A DNA stretch of 64,000 nucleotides from Candidatus Paceibacter sp. (GTDB lineage Bacteria; Patescibacteriota; Patescibacteriia; S139-126). The position numbers and the translations under genes were made by a program. The DNA lies in NCBI GenBank assembly GCA_020724865.1, contig DYGA01000002.1, positions 98,657 through 162,656 of the forward strand, in the 5' to 3' direction. Of the stretch, positions 46,498 through 55,429 are shown piece after piece (the stretch's first letter is position 1; the number at the start of each line of letters is the position of its first letter). Below the pieces are notes generated by a model that saw only the letters and a program-made list of their open reading frames with translations, ran no database searches and had not been told where the DNA came from.

Positions 46498-49151
46498 GCT
46501 TACATTTTCCAGATTTATTAAATCTAAAAGTGGAGTTAACTGATCGGGGAGCACGTTATCAGTTTGGTTCTTTGATTTTTTATTGGCATAAACGGATTGA
46601 TGCCACTGGAGTTTGGCAAAATAAAATTAACAATTATTTTAACTATACTTTAAATATTTTTTTAAGTTTGATTTTATTACATGGATTAGCCAGATTTATT
46701 ATTCTACTTTGGCAGTTTAATTGGCAGTTCTCTTTAGAATTTTTATTTAGTAGTGAATTATTTGTTTTCTGGGTTGCTTGTTTGGCTTTAACTTATTTAA
46801 TTTTTCGTTTAGCTTCTCAAAAAAATAAACAGACGGTCTTAACTGTAAAACAAATTGATGAGAAATTTGTAGATCAACAATCTAAAGAGTTAATTGATCT
46901 TAAGTTAAGTTTTAGTGTTGATACTTTGTTGGTAATAGAGAGATCTTGGCAAGTTGCAAAAAATTTTAAGCAATCTCAGGTTAACAGTTGGAGTTTACTT
47001 TTTTCAATTTTAGAAAGTAAAAAATTAATTGGAGTGTTAGCTAGATTAGGTGTTAGTCGTGATGATGTTTTATTGCGAGTTAAAAATATTATGATTAAAT
47101 CTGCCGGTTATGAAGGCTCGCCTTCAGTAAGTATAGAAGTTTATGATATTTTATTTAAAAGTTATTTTTTAGCAGCTAAACGTAAACAATCATTGGTTGG
47201 TGTTGCTAATATTTTGGAAGCTTTATTTATGAGTGATGATAAGATTCAAGATTTATTTAGTGATTTGTCAATTAGTTTTGATCAGTTAAACCAAGTTATT
47301 GATTGGATAATTGTCAACGACCGTTTATATGAGATATATCAACGACAACGTAAATTGGCCCGTTATAAACCGGGAAATTCTATGAATAAATCAATGACCG
47401 CTGTAGCCACGCCGTATTTAGATAGGTTTGGTTATGATTTAACCTTGGCGGCAAAGTATGGCAACTTAGAAATTTGTGTGGCTCGAGAACAAGAAATTGA
47501 GGAAATTTTTCGCGTAATTGAAGCGGGCAGCAATAGTGTAGTTTTAGTTGGTTTGCCTGGCGTAGGCAGAACTACAATAATCGAAGGTATTGCTCAATTA
47601 ATGGTTACTGAAGATGTGCCAAATAATTTAAAGGATAAACGGATGGTTTCTTTATCATTACCTAGATTGGTTGCTGGTGCAAAATCTCCCGGCATATTGG
47701 AAGAAAGAATTTTACGTATTCACCATGAAATGGTTAGGGCTGGCAATGTTGTTTTGGTTATAGAAAATATTCATGATATTTATGGTATTAACACCCAAAG
47801 CGGCGAGGGACTTGATTTATCTGAAGTGATGGCTGATTTAATAGGTGATGACAGATTTTTGGTTTTGACTACTTCTAATCCTAATGATTATCGAATGAGT
47901 ATTGCCGGTAAAGCGTTGGGCAGTAAACTGCAAAAGATAGATATAAAGGAAACTAATAGAGAACAAACTATGTCAGTATTGATAGCCAAGGTAAATTATT
48001 ATGAATATAAATATAAAGTATTTTTTTCTTTAGGAGCATTGAACAAAGCTATTGAGTTGTCCAATCGTTTTATGCACGATTATTATTTACCAGAAAAAGC
48101 TATTAAGATTTTAGAAGAAGTAGCGGTTTATGTATTAAAACAAAAAGGAGAGAAAAGTTTAATTACCAGTGAAGATGTTGCCAGTTTAATTTCACAAAAA
48201 ATAAATATACCTTTAACTAAAATTACCCAAGATGAATCAAGTAAACTTCTAAATTTAGAAGAAGAAATTCATCAGTATATTATCAATCAATCAGAAGCAG
48301 TTAAAGCGGTAGCTTCAGCTTTACGGCGGGCTCGAACCGAGTTGAGAGATGAAAAAAGACCAATTGTCAATTTGTTATTTTTAGGCCCCACTGGGGTTGG
48401 TAAAACTGAATTGGCAAAAACTGTTGCTTTGACTTATTTTGGCAGTACCAATGATTTAATTAGACTTGATATGTCTGAATATCAAAATAAAGATTCAATA
48501 GGTCGTTTAATTGGTACCGAAAAAAATCCTCAAGGAGGTTTGTTGACTGAAGGTGTAAAACAAAACCCTTTTGCAGTTTTATTGCTTGACGAAATTGAAA
48601 AAGCTCATCCCGATATTTTAAATTTATTTTTACAGGTAATGGATGATGGTCGTTTAACCGACTGGTCAGGTCAGGTTATAGATTTTACCAATATAATTAT
48701 TATTGCAACGTCAAATGCTGGCTCACAATTTATTCAAGATCAATTGCGAATAGGAACCAACGTGGCAACTATTAAAGAAAGGTTATTGGTAGAAAAATTA
48801 AAAGAAGTATTCCGTCCAGAATTTTTGAACCGTTTTGATAATATTGTCGTCTTTACACCTTTGAGTCAAGAACATATTAGAGCTATCGCCGTATTGATGA
48901 TCAAGAAATCTCAGCAACGCTTACTTCAGAAAGGAATTAATTTTGAAATAACTCCAGCTGCCTTACAGGAATTGGCTAATGCCGGATTTGACCCGTTGTT
49001 TGGTGCTAGGCCAATGCGACGAGTAATCCAAGAGCAAATAGATGATGCTTTAGCTAAATATTTATTGTCAGGAAAAATTAGTCGTCGTGATATAGTTGTT
49101 TTTGATGTTGGGGGAAAAATAACCGTTAAGAAAGCTCAGCAATATATTTAA
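46494..49151 (+). CDS. ClpC/ClpA-family AAA+ ATPase with N-terminal membrane segment and degenerate first nucleotide-binding domain.
   Basis: ATG at 46494 overlaps the upstream TGA. TM helices, two Clp-N repeats. D1 Walker A reads GLPGVGRTT and Walker B reads VLVIENIH. D2 is canonical: GPTGVGKTE, LLLDEIEKAH. Confidence 0.85.
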   Translation: MSLHFPDLLNLKVELTDRGARYQFGSLIFYWHKRIDATGVWQNKINNYFNYTLNIFLSLILLHGLARFIILLWQFNWQFSLEFLFSSELFVFWVACLALTYLIFRLASQKNKQTVLTVKQIDEKFVDQQSKELIDLKLSFSVDTLLVIERSWQVAKNFKQSQVNSWSLLFSILESKKLIGVLARLGVSRDDVLLRVKNIMIKSAGYEGSPSVSIEVYDILFKSYFLAAKRKQSLVGVANILEALFMSDDKIQDLFSDLSISFDQLNQVIDWIIVNDRLYEIYQRQRKLARYKPGNSMNKSMTAVATPYLDRFGYDLTLAAKYGNLEICVAREQEIEEIFRVIEAGSNSVVLVGLPGVGRTTIIEGIAQLMVTEDVPNNLKDKRMVSLSLPRLVAGAKSPGILEERILRIHHEMVRAGNVVLVIENIHDIYGINTQSGEGLDLSEVMADLIGDDRFLVLTTSNPNDYRMSIAGKALGSKLQKIDIKETNREQTMSVLIAKVNYYEYKYKVFFSLGALNKAIELSNRFMHDYYLPEKAIKILEEVAVYVLKQKGEKSLITSEDVASLISQKINIPLTKITQDESSKLLNLEEEIHQYIINQSEAVKAVASALRRARTELRDEKRPIVNLLFLGPTGVGKTELAKTVALTYFGSTNDLIRLDMSEYQNKDSIGRLIGTEKNPQGGLLTEGVKQNPFAVLLLDEIEKAHPDILNLFLQVMDDGRLTDWSGQVIDFTNIIIIATSNAGSQFIQDQLRIGTNVATIKERLLVEKLKEVFRPEFLNRFDNIVVFTPLSQEHIRAIAVLMIKKSQQRLLQKGINFEITPAALQELANAGFDPLFGARPMRRVIQEQIDDALAKYLLSGKISRRDIVVFDVGGKITVKKAQQYI

Positions 49152-49169
49152 AATTCATTGATTTAATAT

Positions 49170-49373
49170 TTGATTTCTATTGTTATGTGTTTTCAAATTC
49201 CTAAAAAAGTTATAGCTATAGAAGGAAAAAGAGCAAAATTGGCTGATGGGAACTGGGTTGATTTAAGTTTAATGTCCGAAGATTGCAAAGTTGATGATAT
49301 GTTATTTGTTGCCGAAAAATTTGCTGTAGCAAAAGTGCCTAACAACGATAATTTATATAATAAAAATAATTAA
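49170..49373 (+). CDS. Hypothetical small protein (67 aa).
   Basis: ORF track only. Confidence 0.3.
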   Translation: MISIVMCFQIPKKVIAIEGKRAKLADGNWVDLSLMSEDCKVDDMLFVAEKFAVAKVPNNDNLYNKNN

Positions 49374-49382
49374 TAAAAAAAT

Positions 49383-50285
49383 ATGTCTAAATATTATAAA
49401 GGAATTTTGTTGGTTATTATTACTGCATTAATCAGTGGTTTTTCTATTTTTTTAAATAAGTATGGAGTCAACAATATAGATGCCACTTTATTTACAGGTT
49501 TAAAAAATATTTTTGTTGGCAGTTTATTTGTTTTACTGATTTTAGTTAACAGAGATTGGACGTCAATAAAAAATATTACCAAGCAGCAATGGAAAAAATT
49601 AATCTTGGTAGGTATATTTGGCGGTAGTATTCCATTTGTACTTTTTTTTCAAGGTTTAAAGTTGACCGGTAGTTTGCAGGCTAGTTTTATACACAAGACT
49701 TTGTTTTTATATGTAGCAATTTTGGGTATTTTTTTCCTTAAAGAAAAATTGTCTACTAGATCAATTGTGTCATTGGTTATTATGATACTTGGTTTAATTT
49801 TATTTTTAAAAATAAAATTATTTAATTTTAGTTATGGTGATTGGTTGATTTTATTGGCTACTTTGTTTTGGTCAGTGGAAATTATTATATCTAAAAAATT
49901 ATTAGCTGAATTATCAGCGAATATTGTGGCTTTAGCTCGTATGTTGTTGGGAGGAATTATGATATGGTTATATTTATTTTGGCAGGGCGGAGTTACTCAG
50001 CTGTTTAACTTAGGTTTTATTGAGTGGCGATGGGTAATAATTACATCAGTTTTGTTATTTGGTTATGTTTATACTTTTTATCATGGCTTAAAATATGTTC
50101 CCGCTTATGTGGCGGCAACTATTTTAACTTTAGCTGTTCCGATAACGGCTTTATTGAATTTAGGTTTTTTTCGTACGGCTCTGAGTTTAGGGCAAATTAT
50201 CGGTTTGTTCATCATCTTTTTTAGTAGTTATTTATTAGGCAATAAATATTTAGTTCAAGAAAGAAATGTCCGTCAACACAGTTGA
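49383..50285 (+). CDS. EamA/DMT-superfamily transporter (10 TM).
   Basis: Two EamA-like halves, 300 aa, uniformly hydrophobic. Confidence 0.7.
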   Translation: MSKYYKGILLVIITALISGFSIFLNKYGVNNIDATLFTGLKNIFVGSLFVLLILVNRDWTSIKNITKQQWKKLILVGIFGGSIPFVLFFQGLKLTGSLQASFIHKTLFLYVAILGIFFLKEKLSTRSIVSLVIMILGLILFLKIKLFNFSYGDWLILLATLFWSVEIIISKKLLAELSANIVALARMLLGGIMIWLYLFWQGGVTQLFNLGFIEWRWVIITSVLLFGYVYTFYHGLKYVPAYVAATILTLAVPITALLNLGFFRTALSLGQIIGLFIIFFSSYLLGNKYLVQERNVRQHS

Positions 50286-51027
50286 TATTTTACAAAAAAT
50301 AAGACAAAATACTTTTTCTGATTATAATAAAATTACACTAGATCGCGAATCGTTGCGGTTATTGAGTTATTTGTTTTTAAATCCTGATTGTCAATCTGAT
50401 ATTGATTTATTTAGTTTGCCAGGTGAAAATATAAGATTATTTGATTTAGGTCAACACATTATTACCGCTGCCCCGGCGACTTTGGCTAAATATGCTCAAC
50501 AAAAAAAAATATTACATTTAAACAAAATGGATATTTTACAATGTTTTGCCGTTGAACATGCAGTCGACATTCATAATAATAAGATTGATTTAAAAAATAA
50601 TCCCCATTATGCTTTAGCACATTTACTTAATTATTCTCGGGTAAAAAAAATAGTATTTTTTTCTAAAAAAAAATTTGCTTGGTTAGAAAGTAAATTACCT
50701 TGGGGAAAAATTATTTTTAAAAAAGTTATAATTCCTGAAACCTTAGATATTAATATCAATGATTTTGTTTTTCATCATTTTGGGGTAGTAGTAGATCGTG
50801 ATAATAAAAAAAATAAATTAGCCAATATTATTTATCAGAAACAAATTAATAATACCCATATTGTAGACTGGATAAAACAAACAATCGTTAAAAATATTGT
50901 TATTGATTTTTCAGACCAAAGTATTTTTCAACAAGATGTGGTTGATAATATTTTACATCCACAGCAGGTTAAGCCAATTATAAATCCTCAAGATATAGAA
51001 ATGGGAAAAATTAAATTTCAAAAATGA
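50266..51027 (+). CDS. Hypothetical protein (253 aa).
   Basis: ORF track; overlaps its neighbours on both sides (coupling). Confidence 0.45.
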   Translation: MSVNTVDILQKIRQNTFSDYNKITLDRESLRLLSYLFLNPDCQSDIDLFSLPGENIRLFDLGQHIITAAPATLAKYAQQKKILHLNKMDILQCFAVEHAVDIHNNKIDLKNNPHYALAHLLNYSRVKKIVFFSKKKFAWLESKLPWGKIIFKKVIIPETLDININDFVFHHFGVVVDRDNKKNKLANIIYQKQINNTHIVDWIKQTIVKNIVIDFSDQSIFQQDVVDNILHPQQVKPIINPQDIEMGKIKFQK

Positions 51028-51398
51028 CAATATCTGTATTTGGAAATCCCAATTTACCTCAAGATTCTTTGGCTTTTCGTTTGATTCCACATTTACAACG
51101 TTTATTACCACGGGCGGAATTTATTCATCAAGATCCTCAAGAACAAATAATGCCACCAAATGAATCAGTCTGGTGGATAATTGATGTTGTAAAAAATATT
51201 TCCGAAGTTAAATTGATAACTGATTTAGAGCAAATTAAAGATGCAAAAAGAATGACTTTACATGATTATGATTTAGCAACCGAACTAAAGCTTATAAAGA
51301 AAATATATCCTAATCTAGAGATTAAAATTGTTGGCGTACCTTCTTATGGAAATGTAGAAAAAATTGCTAGCCGGGTAGCCAATATTATAACCAATTGA
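51024..51398 (+). CDS. Putative hydrogenase maturation endopeptidase (HycI/HybD-like).
   Basis: SVFGNPNLPQDS, WWIIDVV and TLHDYD align with the metal-ligand positions of HybD/HycI. Convergent with and adjacent to the hydrogenase genes. Confidence 0.45.
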   Translation: MTISVFGNPNLPQDSLAFRLIPHLQRLLPRAEFIHQDPQEQIMPPNESVWWIIDVVKNISEVKLITDLEQIKDAKRMTLHDYDLATELKLIKKIYPNLEIKIVGVPSYGNVEKIASRVANIITN

Positions 51399-52674
51399 TT
51401 TCCAAAAAATGAGAAGCGCAACTCATACAAGGGTCATATGCTCTAATAATTTTTTCGCAAGTCAAGGCTAGCTCATCTTTTGGACGATCAAGATTTTTTT
51501 GTATATATTCGGCTATATCTAACTCTATAGTAATTTGATTTTGTCCCGTGGGTACAATAACTTCACCTTCGGTTACTATACCTTTATCATCAATAGTTAA
51601 TTTGTGGTATAAAGTTCCTCGAGGAGCTTCCACAACTCCTACGCCTGTAGCTGCTCGTAGTTCAAGTTTATCGGGTTTAGCTGGTTTAAAATTATTATTT
51701 TTAAGTATTTCGATTGTATCGTCAATAGAATTTAATATTTCAATAGCTTGAGCTAGATTATTATGATAGGCATTGTGTGATGGAAATACCTTCAAAGCTT
51801 GCAGACAATCTTTTTTTGTTCGGGAGTTTAAGGCTTGTTGGTTAAGATTTATTCTAGCTAGCGCGCCAACTCGATATGGTTGCCCAGCAAAAGTGTAAGC
51901 TGAAGCTTGGGAATAGGGTAGGACTACATGTTCAAGATGATTGCGAAATTCAGTTTCCTCAGCAATCACGCCATTCATATCGCAAATTTTTCCTTCTAAA
52001 TAAGAATAATCGTCATTTTTTAAAGCAGCATAATTTGTTGGTCTGACAAGTTGGTCGGGTGAATTTAAAAATAATTCAATTAATCTTAAAACTGCCGGTC
52101 TAACTTTTTCCATTTCTTCTATTATAGTCTTTTTTTCATTGTTGTCGGGAATTTTTAAAAATCCACCGGGAACAGGAAACGGCGCGTGAACACTACGTCC
52201 CGCGGTATATTTGGTTAGGTTATTTCCGGCACTTTTTACGGCAAAGGTATCGTGTAATAGTTGATGTTGTAATTTATCATTTTCGTCAAACTCCAATAAG
52301 GAATCTTTTTTAAATAAATCTGGCAAAACAAAGACATAGAGATGTAAGGCATGATCTCTAATTATTAATCCATGATAAGTTAATGTACGAAGTATTTTCG
52401 TTTGTAAAGAAGGTTCATAGTTTAATGTTTTTTCTACCGCTTCAATACTGGCGATTAGATGGGCAATACTACAAGTACCACAAATTCTGGATAATAATTG
52501 AGGTACAGCTGTGATTGGTTTACCTTTAATAGCTTGAGTATAAAACCTTTTATAATCTTGAACTTTAAATTTTACATACTCGACTTTACCATTAGTTACT
52601 TTGACATCAAGTCCGGCTGATCCTTCGACCTTGGTAATTTCATTGATATTTAAATCAAAATCTATAAGATGCAT
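51385..52674 (-). CDS. [NiFe] hydrogenase large (catalytic) subunit, group-3-type signatures.
   Basis: N-terminal RICGTCSIAH (L1, RxCGxCxxxH) and C-terminal DPCMSCASH (L2, DPCxxCxxH); 429 aa. Confidence 0.85.
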   Translation of the reverse strand: MHLIDFDLNINEITKVEGSAGLDVKVTNGKVEYVKFKVQDYKRFYTQAIKGKPITAVPQLLSRICGTCSIAHLIASIEAVEKTLNYEPSLQTKILRTLTYHGLIIRDHALHLYVFVLPDLFKKDSLLEFDENDKLQHQLLHDTFAVKSAGNNLTKYTAGRSVHAPFPVPGGFLKIPDNNEKKTIIEEMEKVRPAVLRLIELFLNSPDQLVRPTNYAALKNDDYSYLEGKICDMNGVIAEETEFRNHLEHVVLPYSQASAYTFAGQPYRVGALARINLNQQALNSRTKKDCLQALKVFPSHNAYHNNLAQAIEILNSIDDTIEILKNNNFKPAKPDKLELRAATGVGVVEAPRGTLYHKLTIDDKGIVTEGEVIVPTGQNQITIELDIAEYIQKNLDRPKDELALTCEKIIRAYDPCMSCASHFLEINWL

Positions 52675-53172
52675 TTATTTGATATTAAATTTTTTAAACA
52701 TTTGTTCGATTAATTCAATAAATTTTTGTTCATTCATAGGACAACCAGGAACTTTAGCGTCAACTTTTACTATTTCGTCCAATCTCCTTACTTTTTCACC
52801 ATAGTTGAATTTTTCCAATAAGAAATCTATTGATTTTCTAAGTTCTTCTGGAAATTCATTGCGTTGAGCTGAAGGCATGCCGGTAACGGCACAAGCGCCA
52901 ACAGCAACCAATACTTTGGCCTTGGCTCTAATTTTTTTTAATTCCTTGGCTTTTTCTTCAGAGGCAATGGCGCCCTCCACAAAAACTACATCCATATCGG
53001 TTAAACTATTTTTTGATTTTAATACTTTGGCATGTTTGAAGTCTAAATAGGGTAACCAGTCTTGCCAATGTTCATTTAAGAGTTCAGTAAAAAGTACGGT
53101 GCTATCTTCACAACAGCTGAAAGTAAACCAGCCAACTTTGAGTTTTTTATTTTTTTCTAAAGTTTTTTTCAT
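52675..53172 (-). CDS. [NiFe] hydrogenase small subunit, minimal form carrying only the proximal Fe-S cluster ligands (HoxY/NuoB-like).
   Basis: FSCCEDS, VGACAVTGM and PGCPM cysteine motifs; 165 aa; immediately upstream of and contiguous with the large subunit. Confidence 0.75.
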   Translation of the reverse strand: MKKTLEKNKKLKVGWFTFSCCEDSTVLFTELLNEHWQDWLPYLDFKHAKVLKSKNSLTDMDVVFVEGAIASEEKAKELKKIRAKAKVLVAVGACAVTGMPSAQRNEFPEELRKSIDFLLEKFNYGEKVRRLDEIVKVDAKVPGCPMNEQKFIELIEQMFKKFNIK

Positions 53173-53280
53173 TGTTTATATTATATCATTTTATTTTAAT
53201 TGTGTCATTGACAATTCAATTTATATTTGTAAGTATTTATAGTTAATAGTTATTTAATAATAAAAATTTAGGAGAAAATA

Positions 53281-53613
53281 ATGTTAAAAATAGCAAATTT
53301 AATGGAAAAATTACCGGCTGATATATTAGCTGGTTATATGCATTTTTCCAATATACCTGAAAGCACTTGGAAAAATTATTTCCATCAGCCATTGACTGTT
53401 TATACGTTTAATAATTTAATTTATCTTATTGCTGCTGACGTGCGCCAAGTAGCAGTGCAAAAAACAGAAGAAGGAGAAATGTATGATACCTTGAAAAAGG
53501 GCAAAGAATTAATTTATAAATTGGCAAATATTGCTGAATTATTAGGTTATAAAATTTCAGAAAAAGAGCTTAAATTAGCTCAAGCTCTTCTTTTAGGAGA
53601 GGGAAAAGTTTAA
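53281..53613 (+). CDS. Hypothetical protein (110 aa).
   Basis: ORF track. Confidence 0.45.
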   Translation: MLKIANLMEKLPADILAGYMHFSNIPESTWKNYFHQPLTVYTFNNLIYLIAADVRQVAVQKTEEGEMYDTLKKGKELIYKLANIAELLGYKISEKELKLAQALLLGEGKV

Positions 53614-53687
53614 GCTATTTAAAATTTTAAGGCACAGAATTCTCTGTGCCACTTTTTTTTCTTTTTAAGCATAGGTACAATATAGGT

Positions 53688-54815
53688 ATGCAACCATTGG
53701 CAGATAAAATTAGACCACAAAACATCGAAGAATTTTGCGGACAAGAACATTTGGTAGGAGAAAATAAACCTCTTCGCGTGGCTATAAATAAAAAACATTT
53801 ATTTTCTTTTATTCTTTGGGGACCACCAGGATCTGGAAAAACAACCTTAGCACGTATTTATGTAAAAGCATTAGACGCTAAATTATATGAGTTATCAGCA
53901 GTATCAGCTGGCAAAGAAGATATTAAAAAAATTATTAAAGATAACTCAACTACAAAATCTAAAGTTTTATTCTTAGATGAAATTCATCGTTTCAATAAAT
54001 CGCAACAAGATTTTTTATTGCCTTATGTTGAGAATGGGCAATTGACTTTGATTGGTGCCACTACTGAAAATCCAAGCTTTGAAGTTATTGCTCCGTTGCT
54101 TTCTCGTTGTCGGGTGTTTGTTTTAAATGAATTAAGTGATAAAGATATGACTAAAATTATCAGTCGTACTGGATATAAATTGGCCAAAAAAGAATTAGCT
54201 TGGTTGATTAGCATGGCCAATGGTGATGCTCGACAGGCAATAACTATGATTGAAAATACAGTAAAGTTGTATAAAAATATTACCTTAGAAAATTTAAAAA
54301 ATACTTTGCAGTCAAAATTTTTGCGTTATGATAAACAAGGAGAAGAACATTACAATACGATTAGTGCTTTTATAAAAAGTTTGCGAGCCTCACAACCTAA
54401 TGCGGCATTGTACTATCTTGCTCGCATGATAGATGCTGGCGAAGATCCAAAATTTATTGCCCGGCGGATGGTAATTTTTGCCAGTGAAGATATTGGTTTA
54501 TCTCAGCCAACTGCTCTGGTGGTAGCCAATGAAGTTTTTCGGGCAGTGGAAACAATTGGATTGCCTGAATGTGCCATTAATTTAGCTCATGGCGCAGTTT
54601 ATTTAGCTACTTGTAAAAAAGATAGACGGGCTTATGACGGTTTGATGTTAGCCATGCAAGATGTTAAGAAATTTGGCAATTTACCAATTCCATTGAAAAT
54701 TAGAAATGCGCCAACTAAATTGATGAAAAAAATGAAATATGGACAAGGTTATGAAAAATATGATCAGGACGATTACTTGCCAGACAAAATAAAAGGCAGA
54801 AAATATATAAACTAA
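53688..54815 (+). CDS. rarA: Replication-associated recombination protein A (RarA/MgsA). The ORF-track reading starts at GTG 53646.
   Basis: MQPLADKIRPQNIEEFCGQEHL matches the RarA N-terminus; Walker A GPPGSGKTT, DEIHRFNK, sensor MANGDARQA. Confidence 0.85.
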   Translation: MQPLADKIRPQNIEEFCGQEHLVGENKPLRVAINKKHLFSFILWGPPGSGKTTLARIYVKALDAKLYELSAVSAGKEDIKKIIKDNSTTKSKVLFLDEIHRFNKSQQDFLLPYVENGQLTLIGATTENPSFEVIAPLLSRCRVFVLNELSDKDMTKIISRTGYKLAKKELAWLISMANGDARQAITMIENTVKLYKNITLENLKNTLQSKFLRYDKQGEEHYNTISAFIKSLRASQPNAALYYLARMIDAGEDPKFIARRMVIFASEDIGLSQPTALVVANEVFRAVETIGLPECAINLAHGAVYLATCKKDRRAYDGLMLAMQDVKKFGNLPIPLKIRNAPTKLMKKMKYGQGYEKYDQDDYLPDKIKGRKYIN

Positions 54816-54841
54816 AAACTGTTTGTATAAATACAGCTTTT

Positions 54842-55330
54842 TTAGTTTGAGTATTGGAAGTATATTGGTGTATTATTTGGACCATTGCTGGTTGCTTGCA
54901 AAACTCCAGATCCGCCTCCGGGTGTGGGCGCTGATAGGTTGATCAAAGTAATTGGTTCATCTTGATTTTCAAGATTAGCGTAGAGAACGCATTTTTTGTC
55001 AGATGATTGATATTGATAAAAATAATAAGTTTGATCGTCAGTGCCGATTTTAGGATCACGAGGTGCTTTAGCTAAAAAATTCTGTGCTTGCGGAAATTTT
55101 ACTTTTATTTCTTCTAACAAGTCTGCCAGGTCATAGGTTCCAGTGCCGCCGTTCGGCTCATAACACGATAAAGCTAAAAATCTACCAATTTGAGCAATAT
55201 CATTTTTTCGTTTTGTGTCTCTGGCTTTTTCTCTGACACCATTTAAACTTACAAACGCTATGGTGCCAATTACACCGATAATGGCGATAGTAATCAATAA
55301 TTCAATTAGAGAAAATCCTTTATTTTTCAT
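54842..55330 (-). CDS. Type IV pilin-like protein (second pilA paralog, outside the pilus cluster).
   Basis: MKNKGFSLIELLITIAIIGVIGTIAFVSLNGVREKARDTKRKNDIAQ is collinear with the 13538 pilin N-terminus. Confidence 0.75.
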   Translation of the reverse strand: MKNKGFSLIELLITIAIIGVIGTIAFVSLNGVREKARDTKRKNDIAQIGRFLALSCYEPNGGTGTYDLADLLEEIKVKFPQAQNFLAKAPRDPKIGTDDQTYYFYQYQSSDKKCVLYANLENQDEPITLINLSAPTPGGGSGVLQATSNGPNNTPIYFQYSN

Positions 55331-55429
55331 ATATTTATTATAGCATAGTTTTAGTTGACTTTATTTAGTAACTTGTTATAAAATATTAAATTAATTTTTG
55401 TAATTTAAAAATTTAAAAGGAGAATAAAG

